Source of the DNA: Hemiscyllium ocellatum
Taxonomy: Eukaryota
Length of the DNA: 64,000 nucleotides
NCBI RefSeq assembly: GCF_020745735.1
Contig: NC_083450.1
Span: 10,661,883-10,725,882 of the forward strand
Reading direction: 5' to 3'
Under the pieces are notes generated by a model that was given only the letters and a program-made list of their open reading frames with translations, was not told where the DNA came from and made no database searches. The position numbers and the translations under genes were made by a program. Positions 1-13,437 of the stretch are shown here, in pieces; position 1 is the stretch's first letter, and the number at the start of each line of letters is the position of its first letter.

Positions 1-34
1 AGCTTTCGGAGCGACGCTCCTTCATCAGGTGATT
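1..34 (-). ncRNA. Partial minimal hammerhead ribozyme motif (Penelope-type), cut by the window edge
   Basis: The minus strand reads CTGATGA-A-GGAGC-GTC-GCTCC-GAAA-GCT: an intact core and a 5-bp stem II. The cleavage triplet lies outside the window. Confidence 0.55.
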
Positions 35-54
35 GTGTTTCTTCTCCCCAAGGA

Positions 55-185
55 GAGGTGGGTAGTGCAGGGAGTGGAGAAGGAGCATGCATTGTCTACC
101 AAGAGCCTTGAGCTTTTCAGGGAGAGGTGCGAACCGTAGTGAGTGGAGTGTTATATTTTCCCGACCAACTTCATTTTGACTTAAT
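55..185 (+). mobile_element. 3' end of an L1/Tx1-like LINE ORF2, decayed
   Basis: Translates EKEHALSTKSLELFRERCEP**VECYIFPTNFILT*, which resembles the C-terminus of fish/shark Tx1-type ORF2. Recognised from memory, not by alignment. Confidence 0.4.
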
Positions 186-859
186 CTACCACCACAAAGA
201 AAGGAAACATCAGAGCGGACACTGATAAACAATGCCCTGTCCCTTCACTTTTTTCATCACGCCACATTGCCCTTTGATTGGAAGGACATTGTTTATTGCT
301 GGCCAATCTGGTGTTTCCTTTCTTCGTGGTGGTGTTATTTTGTTTGCTCCATGCAATAAGCTTTAGAGGACTTGACTGACTGTGAGATTTCTTAACAAGC
401 AGCCAAATTAAAGATAACGTCTGTTAAATTACACACAAGATATATTGCTAACTTATTCAAACTAATGAGTGGATCTATTAGCTCAAACTACTTTAGGCAT
501 ATTGTGCATGTCTAACAATGAGTCTCCCTGCCTTTCTCACGTTGGGGGCACAGTTTTACAACGACTTGTCGAGAGAACTATGGTTTCTTGTCGCTGTTCA
601 TAAAGTGAGTCCAAATTGGAGCCCAACCAGTGCTGCAGACTCCCTGGTAATAATTTTATTCTGAGATCACTCACTTTTACTTCTCCAGATATTCTGTTAT
701 GCAGAAAATAATCGCCCAGGTGGCTATCTCACTTTGTTCCCAACTGCCAAAATAACAGCCTTGAATTAAACCAGTTTTCCCCAGTGGTCTTCAATTGCTC
801 GTTGTATTGTTCCATTAACCCTTAAAAATTAATGTTTATGATCTGCTTTCAGGATATCA

Positions 860-3260
860 TTGCGTTGTCAAACAAGATTGATGTAGTCAGATGTTGACCA
901 CATGATATTCAACAAAGCATTCAACAGGTTCCACATATTAGTCTGGTTGGTAAGGTTAGATTACGCAGAATCCGGTTAAGCTAGCCAATTATCTACAACG
1001 TTTGCTTGAAGGCAGTCGACAGAGGTTGCTGATCGAGAGCTGCTTTTCAGGCTAAAGGTCTGATATGAGTGCTGTGCCAAAGGAATGATGTTGGCTTCCC
1101 TTTTTCTCGTCATTGAAATAAATGATTTTGATTTGAATGGAGGAGATATGGTTAGTGAGTTTGCATATTGCACCATAACAGTTGGTGCAGTGGATAATGA
1201 AGAAGATTCCATCATTAAGGATGAGGTTTCTAAATTTTTAGAAGAGCAGAGTCTGATTAGAACAAGTCAACATGGATTTAGTAAGGGGAGGTCATGCCTG
1301 ACAAACCTGTTGGAATACTTTGAAGAGGTGACAAGTAAGTTAAACCAGGGAAACCCAGTGGAAGTGGTCGATCTAGACTTCCAAAAGGCCTTTGATAAGG
1401 TGCCAAACGGGAGGCTGCTGAGCAAGGTGAGGGACCATGGTGTTTGAGGTGAGCTACTGGTATGGATTGAGGATTGGCTGTCTGACAGAAGGCAGAGAGT
1501 TGGGATAAAAGGTTCTTTTTTGGAATGGCAGCCGGTGACGAGTGGTGACCCGCAGTGTTCAGTGTTGGGGCCACAGCTGTTCGCATTATATATGAATGAT
1601 CTGGATGACCGGACTGGGGGCATTCTAGAGAAGTTTGCAGATGATACGAAGTCAGGTGGACAGGCAGGTAGTACTGAGGAAGTGGGGAGGCTACAGAAGC
1701 TTCTAGACAGTTTGGGAGAGTGATCCAGGAAATGGCTGATGGAATTCAATGTGAGCAAATGCGAGGTCTTGCACTTTGGCAAAAAGAATAAAAGCATCGA
1801 CTACCTTCTAAACGGTGAGAAAATTCGTAAAGCCAAAATACAAAGGGATCTGGGAGTGCTAGTCGAGGATTCTCTAAAGGTAAACATGCAGGTCGAATCC
1901 GTGATTAAGAAAGCGAATGCAATATTTTCACTTATTTCAAGAGGGTTGGGATACAAAAGCACCGTTGTGCTACTGAGACTTTATAAAGCTCTGGTTAGGC
2001 CCCATTTGGAGTACTGTGTTCAGTTTTGGTCCCCACACCTCAGGAAGGACATACTGGCATTGGAACGTGTCCAGCGGAGATTCACACGGATGATCCCTGG
2101 AATGGTTGCTCTAACATATGAGGAACAGCTGAGGATCCTGTGATTGTATTCATTGGAGTTTAAAAGATTAAGGGGAGACTAAATAGAGACGTACAAGCTA
2201 AAATATGGCTTGGAAAGGGTGGACGCTAGGAAATTTTTTCCGTTAGGCAAGGAGACTAGGACCCTTGGACACAGCCTTAAAATTAGAGGGGGTCAATTCA
2301 GAACAGAAATGCGGAGACATTTCTTCAGCCAGAGAGTGGTGGGCCTGTGGAATTCATTGCCACAGAATGCAATGGAGGCCGGGACGCTAAATGTCTTCAA
2401 GGCAGAGGTTGATAGATTCTTGTTGTCTCGAGGAATTAAGGGCTACGGGGAGAATGCGGGTAAGTGGAGTTGAAATGACCATCAGCCATGATTGAATGGC
2501 GGAGAAGACTCGATGGGCCGAAAGGCCTTACTTCCACTCCTATGTCTTATGGTCTTATGGTCTTAAGATTATCTCAGAAAACAAGGGGACCATGATATGA
2601 TGGACTAATGGGCAAAATGTGTTGGATGAAGTTTAATTTAATAGAGTTTGCATTTTGGTAAGACAAAATAAGGACAGAATTATGCAATTTGTGGCCCGGG
2701 GAGTATTTCAAATCAATCCCCCTAAGGTTGTAAGTGTATAGTTCCTAAAACGTGGAGTCGAATGTAGACAGGATGGTGAAGAATCATTTAATTGTTCAGA
2801 TCATTTAATATAGCACTTAGAATGTCATGACATGGCTGGACAGGGCACTTTTGGAATAGGCAAACAATTCTGATCGTCCTTGTATAAGGCAGCTGTCGTT
2901 AAACATGAGACGATGTAGAAAAAAGACCTCCAGATGTTGACTGAACTGAAGGGTTTGAAATGCTAGGGTAATTTTGCATCCTGCAGCATCGGAGATAGGG
3001 GGTGAACTTATTGAGGCTCCTAAAATCTTAAGAGGTGTGGTGAATGGCCAGAAACTATTTTTCCTTGAATGGGGGAGTCTAACACAGGAGCGCAGACGTT
3101 TATGGGTGATGGGCAAAGTTTCAAATAAAACTTGATCCGCAGTAATTCCACACATGTGTAGTGCATGTATGGAACGAGCTGCCAGAGGAAATTATGAAAA
3201 CAGGTACAATTCAAATAACTTAAAAGTATTTGGGAGGGTATATGCATTGGAAAGTTTAGA
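860..3260 (+). mobile_element. Old CR1 LINE fragment interrupted by a younger CR1
   Basis: Decayed RT and 3' sequence at ~860-1208 resumes at ~2565-3260. Confidence 0.7.
1209..2564 (+). mobile_element. 5'-truncated CR1 LINE (RT C-terminus and 3' UTR)
   Basis: SQHGFSKGRSCLTNLL, DFQKAFDKVP, SVLGPQLF, FADDTK and VRPHLEYCVQFWSP, with in-frame stops. Has a (TCTTATGG)n tail and AAGATT on both flanks. Confidence 0.95.
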
Positions 3261-3699
3261 GGTAATCCCAAAAAGCAAACCTCCGTAACACACTGTAAAA
3301 AATTGAACAAATACTTACACGTTGAAGTTAGAAAAACAGAATGAGGGAGAGAGTTTGTTTTGACACAACTCACTGTTGAACTCCTAATTAGTTCTGGACT
3401 GAACTGCTCAGCTAGGGAGCTGATCACTCCCCTTCCATTACACAGGTCACTTGTAAAACAAGCCGACTTTGGCCTAACGTCTCATTTGTTTACACATAAA
3501 TAAAAAGGCCTCTCCATATCCTTTAATCTCCGTACTAAACCAGTTTAACCAGAACCGGGATATTTTCACCACAACCTGAAAAGAAAAAAAAACAAGGATA
3601 AAGTATTCTTGCGAAAAGGAACAGCTTTTAGAAAAAAAGGAACCAGCTTTATGACACCACCTAGGTAAAATTGACTCGCCTGTAGTTTTTTTTTGTTCC

Positions 3700-6600
3700 T
3701 TTCCTAAAATCCATTGTTCTTTTCTTAAATTACATCACTAAACTGGCTGTCCTCCAGTCTTTCCTCATCTCCATATTACGACACAGTGCAAACCCTTTTC
3801 CTAATTTAAACAAGGCACACAAAAAAGCTCACCTCACCTCGTAATCTGTAAAAGTATGAGTGACAAAGAACCAACAAACCCCACAATTTTAAGAAACAAA
3901 AAATTTGTTATTTAACGGCAAGAAAAAAGAGAACATTAAACAAAAACTTTCTACACTGGAATCCTCCTTTGTCTGATCAATTTATCTACTTCCAATTCTG
4001 CAACAATGTACTGATCAAACAAAACCCATCGATGAAGTTTGCAAAAAAGTTCAAATTTCATAACGAGTCAGATGCTTCGATTCTTCTCTCTACCTTACCG
4101 TCTTGTTTTCTTCAATCTGCTGATTTACAGATTTCATATGAAAGCGTAACTTTCAGAGAGGGCCTCTGTTGGTATCTGGTTGCTGGCGTACTTTGCCAGT
4201 CTGACTAATAGTTAAAAATACCTGATTTGTATGTCTCAAAACATTGAATCTCATTGTATGTCTCATTGGCTTGAATTCATCAAACAGTAAGTTCAAACTA
4301 GTATCTTGGGGCAAGTTTTAACTGATTGACTAAATTCGAATTTGTTGTGTGCCATGGCAAATCAGCTTAGAAATTTGAATCAGAGTCAAATGTTGCCCTT
4401 TAATTTTTTTTTCAGTATACTCTGCGCTTGTTAAGTCCTTGCTAGCTTTCACTCTCTTAAATGTGCAGTACACACCTACAGCGTTATAGCACATTCCCCT
4501 TAAGGAAAACAATGAACTATCATACTGAAGATAGGACATTTTATATCTATTTCTTAACCACGTTACCATGACATACATAGGAAATCAGTCTATGTTTATA
4601 TTAGTTTCTTCAACCCCCCTCCCCGTACACACATATAATCGTTGAACAGATATCAATCTCATCTGTACTTTATCAGTGAAATCCGTGATAATGCATCTCC
4701 TATTACATTCTTACCACACACAACATATACGACTTGTAAATTAAAAGTCTGTAGCATAAGAGACCAACCAGTAGTCTCATATTCTTGTCTTTAGAGCATT
4801 CCAAGAATGTAAGTGGATTGTGATCCATGCACCCTTCAACGCATTGTCTGTGATGTAAATACTAAAATATTGTAAGGTCAATATTTCTTTATTCGATCCT
4901 AGAGTACCTTCACTGGTGGGTGTTGAGTTTATTTGAATGGTAACCAACAGGCAGTTCAATCCCATCATCATTTTTCTGTAGCTGTACAGCACCAAATCCT
5001 TCGTCACTAGCATCAATGACAACTTTGAGTGAATTCAAAACGTTTGGTGCAGCAAAAACCGGTGTGGTGTTTAATATTGCTTTTGTCTAATAATTTCTGG
5101 CATTGTTCTGTCCAACAAAATACTGTGTTCTTATTCAGCAAATCTGTTAACCATACTATGTGCTGCTGTAATTTGTAACAAACGTCAGATTGAATCTGCT
5201 TAATCTCCAAAATCAGAAACTGCTTTTTTCGAGGTTTGACATGGAAATTCCTTGATAGCCTTTGTCTTTCCGTTCCTTGGGGGTTAACATTCTATTACTG
5301 ATGTTATGTCTCAAGAATGTCACTTCTTGATTTTTGTTTAAGTTTCTTACCAGTTTTGACCTCTTAATCGATTCAAGACCATAAGTCAACTGTACCATGT
5401 GATCTTCGTAGGACTCACTAAATATCACTACCTCGTCAAAGTTATCTGCACAGTTTGTTAACTCAGTCACAATTCTGCTCATGAGTCTTTGGAATGTGAC
5501 AAATGCGTTCTTCAATCCAAAGGGTATCACATTGAATTGATATACACTTTTGGGGTGACAAATGTAGAAATTTATTTCGCTTTGTCTGATGAAGGCACCT
5601 ACCAATACCCACACCGTATGTGCAACGTTTTGATGTTACTGGCTGTTCCAACTTTCTCCAATAGTCCTCCAATGTGTGTATTTGGGATGAATCTGGTTGT
5701 GTTATGGAATTGACCTTCTGATAGTTCACGGAAAATTATTGAAATCCCCGTCAGGCTTGGCAACTAACATGGTCAGTGAACTCCATGTACTCTGACTCGA
5801 TTCAATGATATCTTCGTTTAACATGGCCTTCACTTCCCTCTTGACCTGTGATACTTTGGAAGGATTGGGCTGATAGCAGTGTTGTTCAATCGGGACAGCA
5901 TTCCCTACATCTACCTGATGCACAATAGCATTAGTCCTCCCCATCTTATTGTTGCATATGAACTCATACTGGTGTAACAAACCTTTCAACGGTGATCTTT
6001 GCTCTTGAGACAGACAATTATCTAAACTATTCCACTCCACAAAGGCAACATCATTGTATAACCTATTTTGAGACACATTAAATTCCACTACACCTGTATT
6101 TGCTTCCTCACTGTTCTGGGCAGTATATAACATCCGCTTCTACCGTTATTTCTTTCTAGTCTAATAAGGTTTCAACATATTCGCATGCCATATCCAATAC
6201 AGATTTTTTTTTGTTACTGGCATCTTACTCAATAGTTCACTTGACACACCTTTTTCTTAATTTGTGTGGAACCACAAAACTTGTCTTTGAAGACATCTCC
6301 TATCACTGGTATCAATACTAATACGCATCGTCTCCACAGGGAAACGTTGGAGCTTCAGAGTTTTTAATCTGCCACCTGCTTCTTTAAGTGCTGTTCAGCT
6401 TACCTGCCATACCAACTTGACGTGCTGTTTTTCTTACTCACTTTCTTACTCGACTCGCTTTAATATCTCTCTCTCACCTCTGTTAAACAATCCAAGTATG
6501 AGACCTCAGAATTTGATATTGTCAATTCCTCTATATTTTATTTCAAAGGGCCTCTCAATTTATGTCCGAATATTTACACGAAAGAAGTAAACTAAGTAGA

Positions 6601-9600
6601 TTCCTTTGGGGCATTTCTAAAGGCAAATAATACGAATGGGATACTTTTATAATAATCATTCGAATAATCTCGACAGTATGCCAGAACATGACCTTCCAGG
6701 TCTGATGCCACATTTCCAAATCTCTCTGGGATTGAGAGTGTGCATCACTGGATTTAAATGACCATATGCCTCAAGTATCCATGACTTCCTTAAAAAGCTT
6801 AGCAGTAAAATTAGATTCTTCATCTGACTGAATCTCTTTGTGTAGTCCATAACGTGTGAAGAAGGCAACTAACTCTTCAACAACACTTTTTGCCTTAATA
6901 CTCTGTGATGGAATTACCTCTGGAAATCTGGTCGTTGCATCGATTGTGGTTAACAAGTACTGTTTCCCACTTTTATTTCTCGGGACGGGAACTGCACAAA
7001 CAATTATAACCCGTATGAAAGGCTCTTTGAATGCGGGAATTAGAAGCAACGTTGCTCTTTTATTGCCAGCTGTGACTTACATACCATTTGGCATGTATAA
7101 CACGTATGACAAAAGAAAACACCATCCTTGTGCATTCCAGGCTCATGGAAATGTTTTTGTAACTCACCCTGAGTCTTCCGTGCACCTGGATGACCTCTAC
7201 TCGAAGTTCATGTGCTACTCATATCATTTTTTGTCTGTATGCTATCAGCAACTCGATCTGGTGCACTGTGGCCCATGTTTGCTCTGCACTAACCTTCCAT
7301 GGTCTCCATTTTCGTGTTTGGATTCTACCTTTCATATCATAAACCTCAGGAACATTGCCTCGTATTCGGAGTAGGCACAAGACATATATATTTTATTGTC
7401 TCGTATTTCTATTGCAAGTCAATTAGCCTTTCAGAACTAAGCATTTCTGTCTGACGTCTGTCTGTTCGGTGTTTCCTTGCACCGCTGCATCAAACTTATT
7501 AATCTTATTCCTTAGCTTTTGTTTCATACTGTGACTTATGATAATGGGAACTTGTGGCTACATAATCTGGGAAAATATCAGGATATTTTTCTTTGATCTC
7601 CTCAGTTTCGTGATCTTCTTCGGGCTTATCCACAATAAGGGGTCCCACCTTGTACCCTCCTAAACCATGCCCAAGAAGAAACTGGATCCATGGAACTATA
7701 TCTGTTAATCACTCCCACCGTTACTTCCTCCAGTCTTGAGCTGTCACTCCAACCTGCTCTCACACAGGGGAACGCTAAATTTCTGTATATCCATCCCGAA
7801 ATTACCATTCTGTCGGGAACGTGTCAGAAAGAGTGCAAATTCGTTCGTCTCTTCTATGAGAGACTGGTTAGATCCAGTATCTCTCAAAATGATAACTTCT
7901 CGTCCTTCTCTCTCTCTTCTGTCGGAGTAAATCTTATGCACAGAGGTGAATTCTTTATAGAGATAAAGCACTTACTCCACACCCAGCCCTTGCATAGGCC
8001 ACACACTCTCGTACAGCTTCCCAGCATTTATTGGGGTTTCCTTTACAACGTTCTTTAATAGTTCAACTTAAGCTTCTTTTACCTCATCTTTTGCAGCAGT
8101 GCCAATCTTTCCCAACCAGCACTCTGACTTTACGTGTCCCACTTCAACACTGTGGAAACACATGTGCCCTTTAGCCTCCTCTTTACCCTCTTGGTCTTCT
8201 TTTTTTAACCTGTAACATATTGTTATCAGTGTTCGCTTCTCTTTTTTTCATACTGTAGGATCTCCCCTACTCCCAACTTTTGTCCCTCACACGATGAAAT
8301 TCTTGCTGGAAGCTTGTCTCTGCGCACCAACCTATATTTATCTCTAACTCTTATTCTATTCTCACTTCCTAAACTTTCTGTTCATCCATGTGGATTATTA
8401 TGATTTCTGGCACTGAGTTTTTAAAATCCTCCAGTACAATCTCTGATAGAACCTCACAGGTCTTATATATTTTCAAGGCCTGCACCTATCTATCAAAATG
8501 ACTCCACTTAATTCTTTCGATATCAACAGAAGGCTGACCTGGTTCCTTTTTATATTTAGGAACAGTTGCATACATATTAGCACTTATGTTAGCCTCTTGT
8601 CCCTTATTTGACAGCAGCGCAAATACCTCACTGGCCTACAAGTTTATTCTGAACTAGCATTACCCACAAGTCCTCGGACCACTCCATCTGCCTCGCCAAT
8701 TTTTCATTGACATAAGGAAGGCTTCGACATCGTTCCCATCAAAATATGGCAGCGTTTTGGCATATTTGCACATATTAATACCTTTAATTTTCATCTCCAT
8801 CCTGTTAACTTGATCTTCCTGACTAAATTGTAATTTTTGAAGTTTAAATTGTCTCAGAAATTGTTTATCCTTCTTTCTTTTCTCCCTTTCTCTTTATCAT
8901 TCTTTCTCTTCTTTCTCTCTTTGCTCATTTGCAATCTTTTCCCTCTTTCCTTTTCCACTATCTCTTCCTTCTTCCTCTCTATCTCTCTTTCCCTCTCCCT
9001 CTCTCTTTCCTCTCTCTGTTTATCTTCTCACTCGATTTTCCTGAATTTTAATTTAACATTTTCTATCTTTCATGACTTGTCTGTTTCTCTGACACACCTC
9101 AGTGTTGGAGTAAAGTCCCTTACAATTTCAGTTTTAGTTTTGCCCTTGTTTAAACCCAATTGTAACCTCTTTGTTTATTCTAAAAGTAAGGCATTTTCCT
9201 TTCCCTCTGAACCTTTTGGCAAATTTGGGAATCTCTTCAAACACCAGAACCTGTTTCGCTTTTTTAACAGCCATTTCACTCGTTTAATTTAACCAACCAC
9301 AAGTAAACGAAATTAAACTTACATCTTATCTAAAAATCCAGGATAATATACTGCAAGTTTTTAAATATACTGGATTGTTTCTTACCCAAAATCCATTCAA
9401 TTTCGTCCAAATATCAGACTGGGTCCTTCTGAACCTGTCAAAATCACGAACAGCGCAATCCCTTCTGCTAATTTAAGTTTGACACACAGAAAAGATCACC
9501 TCTCCTCATAATTTGTAGAAGTATGACTGACAAAGAAGTTCCAAATCCCACTACGGAAAGAAAAAAAATCAAAATTTTCTTTATCTCGAAGAAAAGAAGA

Positions 9601-10180
9601 AGACATTAAACAGCAACTTTTCCACTCCGTTGCTTGATCATTTTATCTAACTTGCACTGTACAGCAATGTCCTGATTTGATAAAACTCCCTTGTCAAGTT
9701 TTACAAAGAAAAATCTGAGTTTCAAAACCAGCCAGATGTGTCGATTCTTCTCTGTCTTCCTGCCTTCTTTTCTTTGGCCTTCTGCTTTTCAGCTTTCATA
9801 TGAAATGGTACCTTTCAGAAAGCATCCCTGCGGGGCTGTCTGTTTGTTGGTGCTCTTCGCTACTCTGGCTAACTGCAAAATTCTGGATTTCTGTACCCCC
9901 CAAAATTAGGATCGTGTCATTTGTTTGATGCCGTTAAAAGAGTACAATTCAAATTCGATTGTGTTTTAGTATCTTCTGGCAAAATTTAAACTAATTGGAA
10001 AATTTCAAATTTGTTGTGTATCTTCACAACTCAGCTCAGCTCTTTGTTTCACAGTCATATGCTACATTTTTAATTCAGTTTCTTTTTTTTTCAGCATACT
10101 GTGTGCTTTTAAACTCCTTGCTAGCTTTCACTCCTAAAGGTACAATACACGTCTAAAACTTCAAACGTCCCTTATAGTGT
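3700..10180 (-). mobile_element. Gmr1-type gypsy LTR retrotransposon, decayed, order gag-PR-IN-RT-RH
   Basis: Minus-strand order: gag LPYFDGNDVEAF and SCAN-like EIVLEDFKNSVPE (~8.8-8.3 kb), protease LRDTGS (~7.9 kb), integrase YLLTTIDATTRFPE...IQSDE (7049-6771), RT (6133-5213, PFGLKNA), RNase H (~5.2-4.8 kb). Polypurine tract ggggaggggggg at ~4614-4624. LTR-like direct repeats at ~3700-4500 and ~9385-10170. Confidence 0.9.
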
Positions 10181-10184
10181 CATA

Positions 10185-10320
10185 AAGTCATAGAGATATA
10201 CAGCGTGGAAGCTTTGGTCCAAATCGTCTATGTTGACCAGATATACCAAGATAATTTGTTCCCCATTGCCAATACTTGCCCATATCCCTTTAAACTCTTC
10301 ATATTAATATACCCATTGTG
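10185..10320 (-). mobile_element. CR1 3' UTR fragment
   Basis: gtcatagagatatacagcgtggaa..., same family as the CR1 3' ends at ~18010 and ~54140. Confidence 0.55.
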
Positions 10321-10547
10321 ATGGTGCTGCTTCTTTTACAAGGCCGTGGTGTCCTTGGCTTTATTTTTGCTGAGTTTCATAAAAGACACAGATTCTGAAA
10401 TGTCTAGTTTGATGGGTTTTAGGGCCAGTTTCGTTGTACCTAACAGGTATTACCTCTGGCCAAAGGCCTGCGAGATTAAAAAGAAGATTGTACATTGAAA
10501 GTGGAGTGGACTATTCTCCCAGCTATTCTGTTCTCTGTTGCTTGTGG

Positions 10548-12050
10548 AAAAAAGTGAGGACTGCACATGCTGGAGAACAGAGTCGAAGAGTGTAGTGCTG
10601 AAAAGTACAGCTGGCCTGGTAGCATCCGAGGAGCAGAGGTGACAACGATTTGCGCATAAGTTCTTCAACAGGACTGAGGGAGTGTCCCAAGGGCGATAGG
10701 AGATAAATGGGACGGAAGTGGAGTTGGGGGGAAGGTAACTGGGAATGCGATAAGTAGTTGAATGTGGGGATAAAGGTGATCGGTCGGAGTGAAGTGTGGA
10801 GAAGGCAGTTAGATAGGAAGGTGGAAAGGCAGTACAGTTCACGAGTGAGGTGAGGAGTTGGAAGTTAGTTTCTGGTATAAGATGGATGTAGGGGAAATTG
10901 GCTAACTGGTAAAATCCACATTGATCCTGTGTGGTTGTATGATCCCAAGATGGAAGATGAGGCATTCTTCCTCCAGGCATCAGGTGGCTAGTGTTTGGTG
11001 GTGGAGGATGTCCGGAACTTGCACACCCTTGGTGGAGTTCGAGTTGAGATTAAAGTGTTTGGCCACAGAGTGTTGACATTGTTAGGTGCGTGTGCCCCAG
11101 AGATGTTTTCTGAAACGTTATGTAAGTTGGCATCCTTTCTTCCCAATGTAGAGGAGACCGCACCAAGTGCAACTGATGCAATAGATGGTATGTGTGAAAG
11201 CACATCTAAATTTCTGTCGAATATAGAAGGATTTTTTTGGGGGGGGCCGTGGGCGGATGTGAAAGGGGGCCTGTGGGTGCAGGTTTTGCTCTCCATGCAG
11301 AGGCAGAAGAATGTACCAGGAGTGGCAGTTGTGTTTGTAGGGGCATGGATCTAACAAGGGAGTCGCAGTGGGAATGGTCTCTCTGGAACTCAGATAGGAG
11401 TTTGGAGGAAAATATATCCCTGGTGGTGTAGTCTATTTGTAGGTGGCAGAAGTGGAGGAGGATGATGTGATGTATCCAGAGGTTAGTGAGGAAGAAGGTA
11501 CGGATCAGGGGTTTTCATCCTTTGTTGCAATTGGAGTAGTGGGGTTCAAGGGCGGACATGTTGCAAGTGAAGTAAATGCGCTGGACGGCATTGTCGACCA
11601 TGTGGGAGGGGAACTTGCAGGCCTCTGATGAAGGAGGTCATCTGGGATGTTCTATGGTGTAATCAGGCCTCCTGACAGTAGATGCGGCAGAAGTCGAGAA
11701 ATTGTGAATAAAGGATTTTTCTAACTGGATTTAGGTTACCAGGAGTTGTAGTCCAGCTAGCTGTGAGTGTTGGTGGGCATATAGTGTATAGTATATAGTG
11801 GGCGTTATGTCCGCCGATGGAAATTGAGATGGAAAGATCTAGGAAGGTGAAGGAGTTACCAAAGATGGTCTAGGTGATGTTGAGGTGTTCGTTAAGTTGA
11901 TGAACTGTTCATCCTCCACGTGGGAGCACGAGATGGCTCTGATAAAGTCATCAATGTAGAGGGGAAAATGTGGGGAATGGTGTACATCACGCTTCAAAGA
12001 CCTCTACTCTGACAAGCATCCTTCTACGAATTCCCTCTTCTTCCTAGCAA
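10548..12050 (-). mobile_element. Penelope-like element (Neptune type), decayed
   Basis: The minus strand has the RT YIDD region (~11.95 kb) and GIY-YIG-like FRCAFTHTIYCISCTWCGLLYIG. Its 3' terminal repeat is shared with the other PLE copies. Confidence 0.85.
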
Positions 12051-12113
12051 CAAGCCAACTGTGTATTCAATTTGCCAGCTTTCCCTGAATCCATGTGATC
12101 TAAGCTTCCATGT

Positions 12114-12408
12114 AGCCGCCACAGTGGGACAGTGGTTAGCACTGTTGCCTCGCAGCGCCAGAGACCCAGGTTCAACTTCTGTCTCAGTTGACTGACTGTG
12201 TCGAATCTGCACGTTTTGCGTGGGTTTCCTCCGGGTGCTCCGGTTTCCTCCCACAGTCCAAAAATGGGCGGGTGAGGTGAATTGGCAATTCTAAATTGCC
12301 CGTTGTATTTGGTGCAGGGGAACGGGTCTGGGTGGGTTGTGCTTTGGCATGTTGGTGTGGACTTGTTCTGCCGATGAGCCTTTTCCACACTGTAAGTAAT
12401 CTAATCTT
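12114..12408 (+). mobile_element. HE1-type tRNA-derived V-SINE (diverged)
   Basis: tRNA-like head cagtggttagcactgttgcctc, V-domain gggtttcctccgggtgctccggtttcctccc, and taatctaatct tail. Confidence 0.9.
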
Positions 12409-12479
12409 AAACCAAATATGTGGAAGCTTCTGACTGAGATTCATATAGACTACTTCAACAGCTTTCCATTGCCATACAT

Positions 12480-13110
12480 CCTTTTCATTTCATCTAAGAA
12501 CTTTAAATCTCCGTGGAACAAATTTCTTACACGCACAAAGTCATGCTGATGACTCCTAATTAAGCCCCGTCTTTCCAAATGCGTATACATCTTACCCCTT
12601 AGAATTTTCTCAAGTAATTTTCCTACCACAGATGCTGGGCTTACTGGTCTCTAGCCCGCAGGTTTTTCTTTGCAGGCTTGCTTAAATAGGCGAACAACAT
12701 TTGCTACCTTCCAGTCTTCTGGGACCTCACCAATGGCTAATGATGATGCAAATCTATTAAACAGGACCTCTGCAATTTCTTACTCAGCCTCTTGCGGTGT
12801 TATTTATGCATCTGGTGCGAACAAGGAGATTTTTCCACCTTTATTGTTCTAATACATTCAATACCACGTTGTATTGTTATACGCACTGCCCCCACCAGAT
12901 CGTCACTGACTTCCCGAAGTTCTCAAGTCTTTTCATGTATCAGAGAGGAGAAATATTCAGTGATGCAATTCTATAAAGTTTTGAGATGCATAGATTGGAT
13001 TGGCCATCAGAATCTTTTTTCCCAGGGTTGGACAGTCGAATACTGGGGGGATAGGTGGCACCATTTCAGATAAAGGAGGAAAGCTCAGAGCATTTCCGGG
13101 TGAACACAAA
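12480..13110. mobile_element. CR1 fragments (minus ~12480-12800; plus ~12930-13110)
   Basis: Decayed RT N-terminal region (RPVS-like) on the minus strand and a 3' ORF2 fragment on the plus strand. Confidence 0.55.
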
Positions 13111-13159
13111 TGGTTCAGTTCATTTTTCTTCAAACGATTTCAATTTATTCACTTTCCTT

Positions 13160-13437
13160 NNNNNNNNNNNNNNNNNNNNNNNNNNNNNNNNNNNNNNNNN
13201 NNNNNNNNNNNNNNNNNNNNNNNNNNNNNNNNNNNNNNNNNNNNNNNNNNNNNNNNNNNNNNNNNNNNNNNNNNNNNNNNNNNNNNNNNNNNNNNNNNNN
13301 NNNNNNNNNNNNNNNNNNNNNNNNNNNNNNNNNNNNNNNNNNNNNNNNNNNNNNNNNNNNNNNNNNNNNNNNNNNNNNNNNNNNNNNNNNNNNNNNNNNN
13401 NNNNNNNNNNNNNNNNNNNNNNNNNNNNNNNNNNNNN
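13160..13437. other. Assembly gap (N run)
   Basis: 278 consecutive N. Confidence 1.

Noticed and set aside
8837-9292. 151-aa Leu/Ser/Phe-rich ORF resembling a membrane protein
   Set aside because: Antisense reading of the purine-rich, Lys/Glu-coding part of the gypsy gag.
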